Shown: one piece after another, positions 55,544-64,000 of the stretch
Layout of the letters: every line of letters starts with the position of its first letter
How positions within the stretch are numbered: position 1 is the first letter of the stretch
Assembly: GCA_965232515.1 (NCBI GenBank)
Contig: CBDDPY010000002.1
Span: 2,496,001 to 2,560,000 of the forward strand
DNA length: 64,000 nt
DNA from: Alphaproteobacteria bacterium
GTDB lineage: Bacteria > Pseudomonadota > Alphaproteobacteria > GCA-2731375
Reading direction: 5' to 3'
The notes under the pieces: model-generated
What the model was told of the DNA's origin: nothing
The model's input: the letters and a program-made list of their open reading frames with translations, nothing else
Database searches by the model: none
Made by a program: the position numbers and the translations under genes

Positions 55544-56087
55544 GTGTTGGTCTGACGAACCAGGCCAGCACCGCGCCGGCGAGCAGCCAGGCGACGAGGT
55601 CATAGATCGACCGCGTCAGGTAGTGGCCCCAGGGCAGGTCGAACCAGATGGGTTGCGCCACGTAAGCGAAGAACGTCGCCCCGACGCCGACCACGGCGGC
55701 CAGACCGAAGCGTGCGCCATAGTCCGGCAGCCGGCTGATCCTGATCACCACGCCCAGCAATGCCGCCGTCACCAGCATGTGCAGGAAGCCCGTCAGCATC
55801 TTGACGGGGGATTCCGGATTGGCGCCGTCGGACCGGAAGGCCAGAAACGCGACCGGTCCGGCCGTGTGACGCTCCGCCCAGCCGGCATCGCCGCCCGCCG
55901 CGTCCCGGTCCGGCACAAAATAGACGCCGGCCTCGGGCAGCTCCGCGCTCAGCACCGCCGCCACGGCCTGCTCCTGCGCCAGGCTCATATGCGTGAACGG
56001 ATCGACGGGCCGCAGTCCCCAGAACAGAAATCCCCAAATGAACATGGCCACCGCGGCCAGCAAGCTGCCGACAACCAGATTCCGCAT
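55491..56087 (-). CDS. Hypothetical 4-TM membrane protein; C-terminus runs into the MITE
   Basis: MFIWGFLFW and GVYFVP motifs, hydrophobic helices, AGGGGG RBS. Confidence 0.75.
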   Translation of the reverse strand: MRNLVVGSLLAAVAMFIWGFLFWGLRPVDPFTHMSLAQEQAVAAVLSAELPEAGVYFVPDRDAAGGDAGWAERHTAGPVAFLAFRSDGANPESPVKMLTGFLHMLVTAALLGVVIRISRLPDYGARFGLAAVVGVGATFFAYVAQPIWFDLPWGHYLTRSIYDLVAWLLAGAVLAWFVRPTPSPHFSPPPRSASRTGV

Positions 56088-56132
56088 GCAATCCCCCTTA
56101 GATGTTCTGACGACACCGCGCCCCAGACGCGG

Positions 56133-57200
56133 TCAGAGCAACGTCAGCACCGCTTTCATTCCTGCCACGATCTTGCCGGCATCGAGAAACAGGCTGACGG
56201 CCGGTGCGATGCAACTGCCGAACCAGGACGACACCTGCTGCCAACTGACCGGCCAGATGGGCAGTTCGCCGACCGCGCGGATCTCGCTCAGCAGGGTCGA
56301 TACATCGGTCGATTCGGCGCCCTGCGCCGTGCCCATTTTCTCCAACCGCTCGGCCTTGGCTGCGACCAGGCCGTTCCGACAATCGTTGAGCCAGTTTCGG
56401 ATCAGCACCTGCGGATAAAGGAACAGAACGAACACCAGCAGGCCGACCGCCAGCATCAGCCACTTCACCGACAACGTCAGCTCCAGGCCGAAGATCTTCA
56501 ACACGAACAGATAGGCGACGTAATTGACGTAGCAGGCCAGGCAGATCAGCACGAGCCGCATGTGCAGTCGCGAGATCGTCCGGCATCGGTAGTAATTGTA
56601 CAGCGTCGAAAGCTTTGTCGCGAACAGCGCCCTGAACAGAAAAATCGACGACCCGATACAGACCAGGCCGACGCCGATACCGAACGCCGAAATGAAAAAC
56701 ACGGTGAACAGCGGCCAAACGCTATAGGACGTCGCCAGCACGGGCATCTCGCCCGCGAAGTGGTGGAACAGCGCCAAGGTAATGATGGCGCCGAACAACA
56801 GGCCGCCCGCCAGGGTCGGCCAGAACCCCGCCAGCCGTTTCACGGTGGCGGCGAACGCCGTCTCGACCTCGCGCCGGTCCTCGGCGACAACGGCGATGTT
56901 CTCCTTGCAGTCGATCAGCAGGCGCAGTCCGACCAGGCTGCCGCCGAAGACGAGCGGTATGCCGGCCAGCGCGAAGAAGAGGCTGACGATCAAGACGCCA
57001 CGAAGCCGGTCGTCCAGGGCCGGGTCGAACAGCGCGAGACCGCTCAATATCGGGAACGCCGCAAGCGCGGCAATCGCATAGGCGCCGACGGGCAGCGCGC
57101 GCGTCGATCCGGCCGCCCGTAACAGGCCGAAGGAAATGGGATCGACCCCCGCTTTGCCAAGCGCGGCCAGGGTGCCGGTCGCAGATTGCGCCGTGGTCAT
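56133..57200 (-). CDS. Hypothetical multi-pass membrane protein
   Basis: Long ORF with about 6-7 hydrophobic segments; no family recognised. Confidence 0.6.
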   Translation of the reverse strand: MTTAQSATGTLAALGKAGVDPISFGLLRAAGSTRALPVGAYAIAALAAFPILSGLALFDPALDDRLRGVLIVSLFFALAGIPLVFGGSLVGLRLLIDCKENIAVVAEDRREVETAFAATVKRLAGFWPTLAGGLLFGAIITLALFHHFAGEMPVLATSYSVWPLFTVFFISAFGIGVGLVCIGSSIFLFRALFATKLSTLYNYYRCRTISRLHMRLVLICLACYVNYVAYLFVLKIFGLELTLSVKWLMLAVGLLVFVLFLYPQVLIRNWLNDCRNGLVAAKAERLEKMGTAQGAESTDVSTLLSEIRAVGELPIWPVSWQQVSSWFGSCIAPAVSLFLDAGKIVAGMKAVLTLL

Positions 57201-57302
57201 GTCGCGGAGCCCCCGAAACACACGAGCGGGGGAGTTTAGAGGGCCGCCCGGCGCTGAGAAAGCGGTTAGACGGCCCGGCTATTGCAACGTCAAGACGTAT
57301 CG

Positions 57303-57602
57303 CTACCCGCGGTCGGTCCCGGCCGTCAGATCAGGTGCGACGAACTGCGAGGTGCGCAGGAAGGTGGCGAGGACGTCGTCGCCCCGCGTCGTCAGTGCCG
57401 GCCGCAGGGCATCGAGGTCGCGCAGTTCCTCGGCCAGCGCCCGGCGCTGGTCCAGCAGGTGGTTGAACTGTGCATCGCAGGCAGGGATCGGCGGCGGATA
57501 GGCGTTGATCTGTTCGCGCAACGCACGTTGCCGGGCTTCCAGGACGTCGCGCACCGCCTGCCAGCGCGCGTCGATGTCGGGCGTTTCCGCTTGTTTGGTC
57601 AT
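57303..57602 (-). CDS. Hypothetical coiled-coil protein
   Basis: INAYPPPIPACDAQFNHLLDQR segment; typical codon usage. Confidence 0.65.
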   Translation of the reverse strand: MTKQAETPDIDARWQAVRDVLEARQRALREQINAYPPPIPACDAQFNHLLDQRRALAEELRDLDALRPALTTRGDDVLATFLRTSQFVAPDLTAGTDRG

Positions 57603-57689
57603 TGGGCGTCTCGTCGCCGTTCCGTCCACATCGGCAGTCTACATCATAGCCGCTGACAGCGGGTTAAGCCGACGCTAGTCTGGGGCGGG

Positions 57690-58247
57690 ATGAGCAAGGC
57701 ATTCACGAAAGAAACCGACGACGACGGCGACGACGATCTGCCGGACGCTTCGGCCGCGCTGCCACGGGGCGCCAAGAACTACATCACGCCGGCGGGCCAC
57801 GAACGGCTGCGCGAGGAATTGCGCCAGCTCCGCGGCGTCGAGCGGCCGAAGGTGGTCGAGACCGTGTCCTGGGCCGCCGGCAATGGCGACCGCTCTGAGA
57901 ACGGCGACTACATCTACGGCAAGAAACGTCTGCGCGAGATCGACCGCCGCATCCGCTTCCTGCTGAAGCGCCTCGAGATCGCCGAGGTCGTCGACCAAAG
58001 CCGCCAGACCAACCGCGACCAGGTCTTCTTCGGCGCCACCGTCACCTACGCCGACGGCCAGGGCCGCGAGCGCACGGTCCGCATCGTCGGTATCGACGAG
58101 GCCGGCCACGCGCCCGGCGACATCAGCTGGGTCTCCCCCGTCGCCCGCGCCCTCCTGAAAGCCTACGAGGGCGACCTCGTCACCTTGCGCACGCCATCCG
58201 GCCTCGACGAAATCGAAGTCCTCGAAATCGGCTACCACGACACCTAA
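57690..58247 (+). CDS. greB: Transcription elongation factor GreB
   Basis: MSKAFTKE, NYITPAG, WAAGNGDRSENGDYIYGKKRLREIDRRIRFL and ISWVSPVARAL motifs. Confidence 0.96.
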   Translation: MSKAFTKETDDDGDDDLPDASAALPRGAKNYITPAGHERLREELRQLRGVERPKVVETVSWAAGNGDRSENGDYIYGKKRLREIDRRIRFLLKRLEIAEVVDQSRQTNRDQVFFGATVTYADGQGRERTVRIVGIDEAGHAPGDISWVSPVARALLKAYEGDLVTLRTPSGLDEIEVLEIGYHDT

Positions 58248-58300
58248 TTACGGTGACAGTAACCGTAACTCAATTCCGGTGACAGTAACCATAATTCCGG
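58245..58300 (+). repeat. Family A repeat, two tandem copies
   Basis: TAATTACGGTGACAGTAACC and AATTCCGGTGACAGTAACCATAATTCCGG; the first overlaps the greB stop codon. Confidence 0.88.
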
Positions 58301-58327
58301 CACCTTTCCGCAGCGCCGGCGCCGGCC

Positions 58328-58684
58328 GTGATTGACCGCGAGCGCGCCCTGGCGGCAAGCCGCGACTGGATCGCGGCCTGGAACGCGCACGACCTGACCG
58401 CCGTGCTGGCGCACTACGCCGACGCGCTGGTCTTCGTCTCGCCGCTGGTGGTGCGGCGGCTCGGCCGCGCCGACGGCACGATCCGCGACAAAACAGAGCT
58501 CGCCCGCTACTTCGCCGAAAGCCTCGGCCCCGACAGCCAGCTGCACTTCGAGCTGCAAGACGTGCTGGTCGGCGTCGACAGCTGGACCATGCTCTACGCC
58601 AACCACCGCGGCCAGCGCGTCGCCGAGACCGTGTTCCCCGACGCCGACGGCCGCATCGGCCGCGCCCACATCCACCATCTCTAG
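58328..58684 (+). CDS. NTF2/SnoaL-like protein
   Basis: WIAAWNAHDL.AVLAHYAD motif. Confidence 0.85.
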   Translation: MIDRERALAASRDWIAAWNAHDLTAVLAHYADALVFVSPLVVRRLGRADGTIRDKTELARYFAESLGPDSQLHFELQDVLVGVDSWTMLYANHRGQRVAETVFPDADGRIGRAHIHHL

Positions 58685-58710
58685 GCCGCGATCAACCGGC
58701 GCGGCCGCGT

Positions 58711-58736
58711 ATCATTTCGACACTTATCGAAATGAT
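58711..58736. other. AT-rich hairpin ATCATTTCGA-N6-TCGAAATGAT between convergent genes (possible terminator)
   Basis: Perfect 10-bp arms. Confidence 0.45.
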
Positions 58737-58840
58737 GCAAAGCATTGAATCCACGGGATTCGTTTTCCTTGACGCTCGTGTGCATGGGGTTGTTCCGTGA
58801 TCCCGCGCGCGCGACACCCCCCCCCTTTCCTGAACACCGG

Positions 58841-61800
58841 TCAGGCCGCGTCGTCCAGCACCACCAGCAGGTCCTTGGCGTCGACCTGCATGCCGGCCTC
58901 GGCGACGACGCGGGCGACGGTGCCGTCGCGGTCGGCGGCGACCGTGGTCTGCATCTTCATGGCCTCGATGTCCAGCAGCGCATCGCCGCGCTGCACGCGC
59001 TGGCCCTCGTTGACCGCGACGCGGACGATCAGGCCCGGCATCGGCGCGCCGACATGGCCGTCGTTGTTGGCGTCCGCCTTGGGATGCGCCTTGCGGGTCG
59101 GCGCCGCCTTGCGGTCGACCACCTTGATCGAGCGCGGCTGGCCGTTCAGCTCGAAGAACACGCGCACCTCACCGTCCTCGTCCGTCTCGCCGACGGTGAG
59201 GAACCGGATGATGATGTCCTTGCCGCGCTCGAGCGCCACGGTGATCTCCTCGCCGCTTTCGAGGCCGTAGAAGAAGGCCGGCGTCGGCAGGATCGAGACA
59301 TCGCCAAAGTGCCGCCGGTGCTCGCAATAGCCGGTGAAGACGTCCGGGTACATGAGATACGAGGCGAACTCGTTGTCGCTGATGTGCCGCTCGGCCTTGT
59401 GCTCGGCCTCTTTCCGCAGCGCGTCGAGATCGGCCGCCGGCATGCTGGCGCCGGGCCGGCCGCTGATCGGCGTCTCGCCCTTCAGCACCTTCGACTGCAG
59501 GGCCGGCGGCAGGCCGCCCGGCGGCTGGCCCAGCTCGCCGCGGAAGAAGCCGACCACCGATTCCGGAAATGCGATGTCTTTCTCCGGGTCGATGACGTCG
59601 TCGGGCGTCAGGCCGCTCGAGACCATCATCAGCGCCATGTCGCCCACCACCTTCGACGAGGGCGTCACCTTGACGATGTCGCCGAACAGCTGGTTGACCT
59701 GCGCGTAGGCGAGCGCCACTTCCGGCCAGCGCTTCTCAAGACCCAGCGCGCGCGCCTGCTGCCGCAAATTGGTGTACTGTCCACCCGGCATCTCGTGCAG
59801 ATAGACCTCCGACGCGCCCGAACGGATGTCGCTCTCGAAGGCCGCGTAGTTGCCGCGCACCGCCTCCCAGTATGTCGACAGCCGGCGGATCGCCTCCGGG
59901 TCCAGGCCGGGGTCGCGCGGACCGTGGCGGAGCGCCTGCACGATCGAGCCCAGGTTCGGCTGCGAGGTCAGGCCGCTCATCGAATCCATCGCCGCGTCGA
60001 CCGCGTCGGCGCCCGCCTCGACGGCGGCCAGCACGCTCGCTGCCGAAATGCCGCTGGTGTCATGCGTGTGGAAGTGGATCGGCAGCCCAATCTCCTGCTT
60101 CAGCGCCCGGACCAGCGTCGCCGCCGCCGTCGGGTTGCAGAGCCCGGCCATGTCCTTGATGCCGAGGATGTGCGCGCCCGCGGCCTCGAGCTCTTTCGCC
60201 ATGTCGACGTAATAGGCGAGATCGTATTTCGGCCGCTCCGGATCGGTGAGGTCGCCGGTGTAGCAGATCGCCGCCTCGCAGAGCTTGCCGGTCTCGCGCA
60301 CGGCGTCGATGGCGACGCGCATGTTCTCGACCCAGTTCAAAGAATCGAAAATGCGGAACAGGTCGACGCCGCCGTCGGCCGCGCGCTCGACGAAATAGCG
60401 CACCACGTTGTCGGGATAGTTGGTGTAGCCGACCCCGTTCGACGCCCGGAGCAGCATCTGCTGCAACAGGTTCGGCATGCCCTCGCGCAGCCGCTCGAGG
60501 CGATCCCAAGGGCACTCCTTCAAAAATCGCATGGCGACGTCGAACGTGGCCCCGCCCCAGCTCTCGACCGACAGCAGCTCCGGCAGCAGCCGGGCGTAGG
60601 CCGGCGCGATGTCGACCATGTCCGCGCTGCGGAAGCGGGTCGCCAGCAGCGACTGGTGCGCGTCGCGGAATGTGGTGTCGGTGACCAGCACCTGTTCCTG
60701 GTCCAGCATCCAGCTCGCGAAGCCCTCGGGCCCGAGTTCTTCCAACCGCTGGCGGCTGCCGGGTGGCGGGTCGTCGCCGAGGTCGCAGTCCGGCGGCTCG
60801 GCCATGCGGAGCTGCGCCGGCCGCGGCCGGTCGGCGACCTCGGGGTTGCCGTTCACCAGGACGTCACCGATGAAGTTCAACAGCCGTGTCGCCCGGTCGC
60901 GCCGGCGCGGGAAGCGGAACAGGGCATCCGTCTCGTCGATGAACCGCGTCGTGTAGCTCGCGTCCTTGAAGCTCGGATGGTTGATCAGGGTCTCGACGAA
61001 GCGCAGGTTGGTCGAGACGCCGCGCACGCGGAACTCGCGCAGCGCCCGGTCCATGCGCACGCGTGTCTCCTCCGCCGTGCGGCCCCAGGCCGTGACCTTG
61101 ACCAGCAGCGAGTCGTAGAACCGGGTGATGCGCGCGCCGGAATAGGCCGTGCCGGCGTCGAGCCGGATGCCGAAGCCGGCGGCGCTGCGATAGGCGGTGA
61201 TGCGGCCGTAATCGGGGATGAAGTTGTTCTCCGGGTCCTCCGACGTGACCCGGCACTGCATGGCGTGACCGTAGAGGTGGATATCGTCCTGCAACGGCAG
61301 GTCGGTGCCCGGTGCGCCCAGCTTCGCGCCTTCGGCGACGCGGATCTGTGCCTTGATCAGGTCGACGCCGGTGACGCATTCGGTGACCGTGTGCTCGACC
61401 TGAATACGCGGGTTCACCTCGATGAAATAGAAGTCGCCGGTATCGGCGTCCTGCAGGAACTCGACCGTGCCGGCGGCCTGATAACCGACCGTGCGCGCGA
61501 GCTTCAGCGCCGCGTCGCAGAAGGCCTGGCGCTGCGCGTCGTCCAGATAGATCGCCGGCGCCCGCTCGACGACCTTCTGGTGCCGGCGCTGCACCGAGCA
61601 GTCGCGCTCATAGAGGTGCACGACGTTGCCGTGGAAGTCGCCCAGGATCTGCACCTCCACATGGCGCGCCCGCTCGACCAGCTTCTCGAAATAGACCTCG
61701 TCGTTGCCGAAGCCGGCCTGGGCCTCGCGCCGGGCGGCGCTGACCTGGTCCAGCACCTCGTCGCTCCCGCGGATCACCCGCATGCCGCGGCCGCCGCCGC

Positions 61801-62305
61801 CCCAGCTCGCCTTCAGCATGACGGGATAGCCGATGCCTTCGGCCAGCCGCTTGATCTCGGCGTCGTCGTGCGGCAGCGGATCGGTGGCCGGCATCACCGG
61901 CACGCCCGCCTCGATGGCGAGATTGCGGGCTGCCACCTTGTTGCCGAGCCGCCGCATCACGTCGGGCGTCGGGCCGACGAACGTCACGCCGGCCGCGGCG
62001 CAGGCCTCGGCGAACTCCGGGTTCTCGGACAGAAAGCCGTAACCCGGATGCACGGCGTCGACATGAGCCTCGCGGCAGACGCGGACGATATCGTCAATCG
62101 AGAGATAGGCCTCGACCGGCCCCATGCCCTTGCCGACCTGATAGCTCTCGTCGGCCTTGGTGCGGTGCAGGGCGAAGCGGTCCTCGTCGGAAAAAATCGC
62201 CACCGTGGTGATGCCGAGCTCGGTCGCCGCCCGCATCACCCGGATCGCGATCTCGCCCCGGTTGGCGACCAGCAGCCGCCGAATCTTCCTGCCCCGATAG
62301 GTCAT
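58841..62305 (-). CDS. pyc: Pyruvate carboxylase
   Basis: ANRGEIA, GGGGRG, RDCSVQRRHQK, RDAHQS, IKDMAG, HTHD and biotinyl site EAMKM. Confidence 0.97.
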   Translation of the reverse strand: MTYRGRKIRRLLVANRGEIAIRVMRAATELGITTVAIFSDEDRFALHRTKADESYQVGKGMGPVEAYLSIDDIVRVCREAHVDAVHPGYGFLSENPEFAEACAAAGVTFVGPTPDVMRRLGNKVAARNLAIEAGVPVMPATDPLPHDDAEIKRLAEGIGYPVMLKASWGGGGRGMRVIRGSDEVLDQVSAARREAQAGFGNDEVYFEKLVERARHVEVQILGDFHGNVVHLYERDCSVQRRHQKVVERAPAIYLDDAQRQAFCDAALKLARTVGYQAAGTVEFLQDADTGDFYFIEVNPRIQVEHTVTECVTGVDLIKAQIRVAEGAKLGAPGTDLPLQDDIHLYGHAMQCRVTSEDPENNFIPDYGRITAYRSAAGFGIRLDAGTAYSGARITRFYDSLLVKVTAWGRTAEETRVRMDRALREFRVRGVSTNLRFVETLINHPSFKDASYTTRFIDETDALFRFPRRRDRATRLLNFIGDVLVNGNPEVADRPRPAQLRMAEPPDCDLGDDPPPGSRQRLEELGPEGFASWMLDQEQVLVTDTTFRDAHQSLLATRFRSADMVDIAPAYARLLPELLSVESWGGATFDVAMRFLKECPWDRLERLREGMPNLLQQMLLRASNGVGYTNYPDNVVRYFVERAADGGVDLFRIFDSLNWVENMRVAIDAVRETGKLCEAAICYTGDLTDPERPKYDLAYYVDMAKELEAAGAHILGIKDMAGLCNPTAAATLVRALKQEIGLPIHFHTHDTSGISAASVLAAVEAGADAVDAAMDSMSGLTSQPNLGSIVQALRHGPRDPGLDPEAIRRLSTYWEAVRGNYAAFESDIRSGASEVYLHEMPGGQYTNLRQQARALGLEKRWPEVALAYAQVNQLFGDIVKVTPSSKVVGDMALMMVSSGLTPDDVIDPEKDIAFPESVVGFFRGELGQPPGGLPPALQSKVLKGETPISGRPGASMPAADLDALRKEAEHKAERHISDNEFASYLMYPDVFTGYCEHRRHFGDVSILPTPAFFYGLESGEEITVALERGKDIIIRFLTVGETDEDGEVRVFFELNGQPRSIKVVDRKAAPTRKAHPKADANNDGHVGAPMPGLIVRVAVNEGQRVQRGDALLDIEAMKMQTTVAADRDGTVARVVAEAGMQVDAKDLLVVLDDAA

Positions 62306-62448
62306 GGCCCTCTCCACACTGACGCCGATGCCCGGATTTTCCCCCGGCGAATGATGGCAGGCGCCAAGCCGGTTGTCACGGCGGCCGCATTCGCTGCTAT
62401 ATGTCCTCGTGTCACGGAAACGACATTTATTCGAGAGAGCGTAGCTAC

Positions 62449-64000
62449 ATGCCGGATCGACCGGATCAATCCCGCCCCGCCCCCGCCTTTCGCCGGGTCA
62501 TCCTGACGCTGGCGCTCGGCCTCGGCCTTGCCATGCCGGCAGCGAACGGTCTGGGCGAGGCGCGTTATGTCGAGACGCCGGTTCTGGTGGATGCCATCGC
62601 CACCGGGGCGCTGCCGCCGGTCGAGGAACGACTGCCCAGCCGTCCCCGCATCGTCACGTTCGACCGCGAGGGGCTGGCGCCCGGCAAACATGGCGGCGAG
62701 CTGCGCACGCTGATCCGCAACGGCAAGGACGTGAAGCTTCTGGTCGTTTACGGCTACGCCCGCCTGGTCGGCTACACGCCCGATTTCGAGCTGGTGCCCG
62801 ATATTCTTGAGGACGTCGAGGTCGAGGAAGGCCGGATCTTCACGCTCAGGCTGCGGCCCGGCCACAAATGGTCTGACGGCCACGCGTTCACATCGGAGGA
62901 CTTCCGCTACTGGTGGGACGACGTCGCCAACAACCCGGACCTGTCACCCAAAGGTCTGCCCAGGTCCATGCTGCTGGACGGCGCTGCGCCACGCTTCGAG
63001 GTGCTGGACAAGTGGACCGTGCGCTACACCTGGGACCGGCCGAACCCGTTCTTCCTGCCGCGCCTGGCCGCCGCCTCGCCGCTCTTTGTCTACCGGCCGG
63101 CACACTATCTGCGGCAGTTTCATGAACGCTACGGCGACCCGCAGGCGCTGGCTAGCGCGGTGAAGGCGGCGAAGGTCCGCAACTGGGCGGCGCTGCACGA
63201 CCGGCGCGACAATCTCTACCTCTTCAACAATCCCGACCAGCCGACGCTGCAGCCCTGGATCGTGCGCAACGCCCCGCCGTCGACCCGGTTCGTCGCCGAG
63301 CGCAATCCATTCTTCCATCGCGTGGACGAGGCCGGCCGGCAATTGCCCTATATCGACCGCGTCGTGCTGGCGGTGACGGCAAGCGCGCTGATCCCCGCAA
63401 AGGCAGCGGCCGGGGACAGCGACCTGCAAAGCCGCGGCCTGTCGTTTCAGGACTACGCGCTGTTGCAGGAGAATGCCGCGCGCAGCAGCTACCGGCCGCT
63501 GCTGTGGCGCGAGGCCAGCGGCGCGCAGATCGCCCTGTTCCCGAACCTGAACGTCAACGACCCGGTCTGGCGCAAGCTGCTGCAGGACGTGCGCTTCCGG
63601 CGCGCGCTGAGCCTCGCCATCGACCGCTACGCGGTGAACGAGTTCCTGTTCTTCGGCCTCGGCCGCGAGAGCAACAACACAGTGCTGAAGGAAAGCCCGC
63701 TCTATCGGCCGGAGTATCAGACGTCCTGGACCGAGCACGACCCCGGCCGCGCGAACGCGCTGCTGGACGAGCTCGGGCTGACCGAACGGAACGCCGAGGG
63801 CACCCGGCTGCTGCCCGACGGCCGGCCGCTGCAGATCGTCGTCGAGACCGCCGGCGAGCAGACGACCCAGGTCGATTTTCTCGAGCTGATCGAGCAGAAC
63901 TGGAACGAGGTCGGCGTCAAGCTGTTCAGCAAACCGTCGCACCGCGCCACGCTGCGCGCGCGGGTGTCGAGCGGCGAGACCATGATGTCCGTCTGGACCG
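62449..64000 (+). CDS. Family 5 (peptide/nickel/oligosaccharide) ABC substrate-binding protein, partial
   Basis: Hand translation gives a signal peptide, GALPPVEERLP, GKHGGEL, KWSDGHAFTSED, RNPFF and QLPYID; open to the window end, so absent from the ORF track. Confidence 0.88.
   Translation, partial: MPDRPDQSRPAPAFRRVILTLALGLGLAMPAANGLGEARYVETPVLVDAIATGALPPVEERLPSRPRIVTFDREGLAPGKHGGELRTLIRNGKDVKLLVVYGYARLVGYTPDFELVPDILEDVEVEEGRIFTLRLRPGHKWSDGHAFTSEDFRYWWDDVANNPDLSPKGLPRSMLLDGAAPRFEVLDKWTVRYTWDRPNPFFLPRLAAASPLFVYRPAHYLRQFHERYGDPQALASAVKAAKVRNWAALHDRRDNLYLFNNPDQPTLQPWIVRNAPPSTRFVAERNPFFHRVDEAGRQLPYIDRVVLAVTASALIPAKAAAGDSDLQSRGLSFQDYALLQENAARSSYRPLLWREASGAQIALFPNLNVNDPVWRKLLQDVRFRRALSLAIDRYAVNEFLFFGLGRESNNTVLKESPLYRPEYQTSWTEHDPGRANALLDELGLTERNAEGTRLLPDGRPLQIVVETAGEQTTQVDFLELIEQNWNEVGVKLFSKPSHRATLRARVSSGETMMSVWT

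Noticed and set aside
58745-62506. 1253-aa plus-strand ORF
   Set aside because: Antisense shadow of pyc.
62944-63942. 332-aa minus-strand ORF
   Set aside because: Shadow of the plus-strand family-5 SBP that runs off the window end.
1-64000. tRNA, rRNA, riboswitch, prophage or integrase genes
   Set aside because: None recognised by eye in intergenic or coding regions; a covariance-model scan would be needed to exclude small ncRNAs.

Overview
GC-rich bacterial chromosomal DNA, most consistent with an alphaproteobacterium (clade I nosRZDFYLX, single-chain pyruvate carboxylase, Rhizobiales/Rhodospirillales-style REP repeats). From left to right it holds: a catabolic block (CE4 deacetylase, two PhyH dioxygenases, two HpcH aldolases, prpB-prpF, GGT); a complete N2O-reduction cluster flanked by a DNR/NnrR-type regulator and a hemerythrin gene with an FNR box; a six-gene amidase/lyase/deacetylase/DUF4387/AtuA-like operon; accessory genes; a mitochondrial-type aconitase with LysR; an AraC gene plus two paralogous secreted proteins; a diguanylate cyclase; a LuxR/PEP-CTERM pair; a RelE/ParE toxin-antitoxin pair; greB; pyc; and a partial family-5 SBP. 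The standout is 42285-48809. A LuxR solo keeping all canonical AHL-binding residues is divergent from a Liv-type ABC importer whose last permease is fused in frame to an alpha/beta hydrolase closely resembling the AHL-degrading enzyme AidH. This is a candidate sense-import-destroy quorum-quenching system. Also seen: two small cargo islets (GNAT; toxin-antitoxin), each bracketed by a duplicated 3' end of the neighbouring gene; two copies of a ~270-bp MITE at TAG stop codons; and four families of short palindromic repeats. All assignments come from motif recognition and remembered family features; no searches were run.
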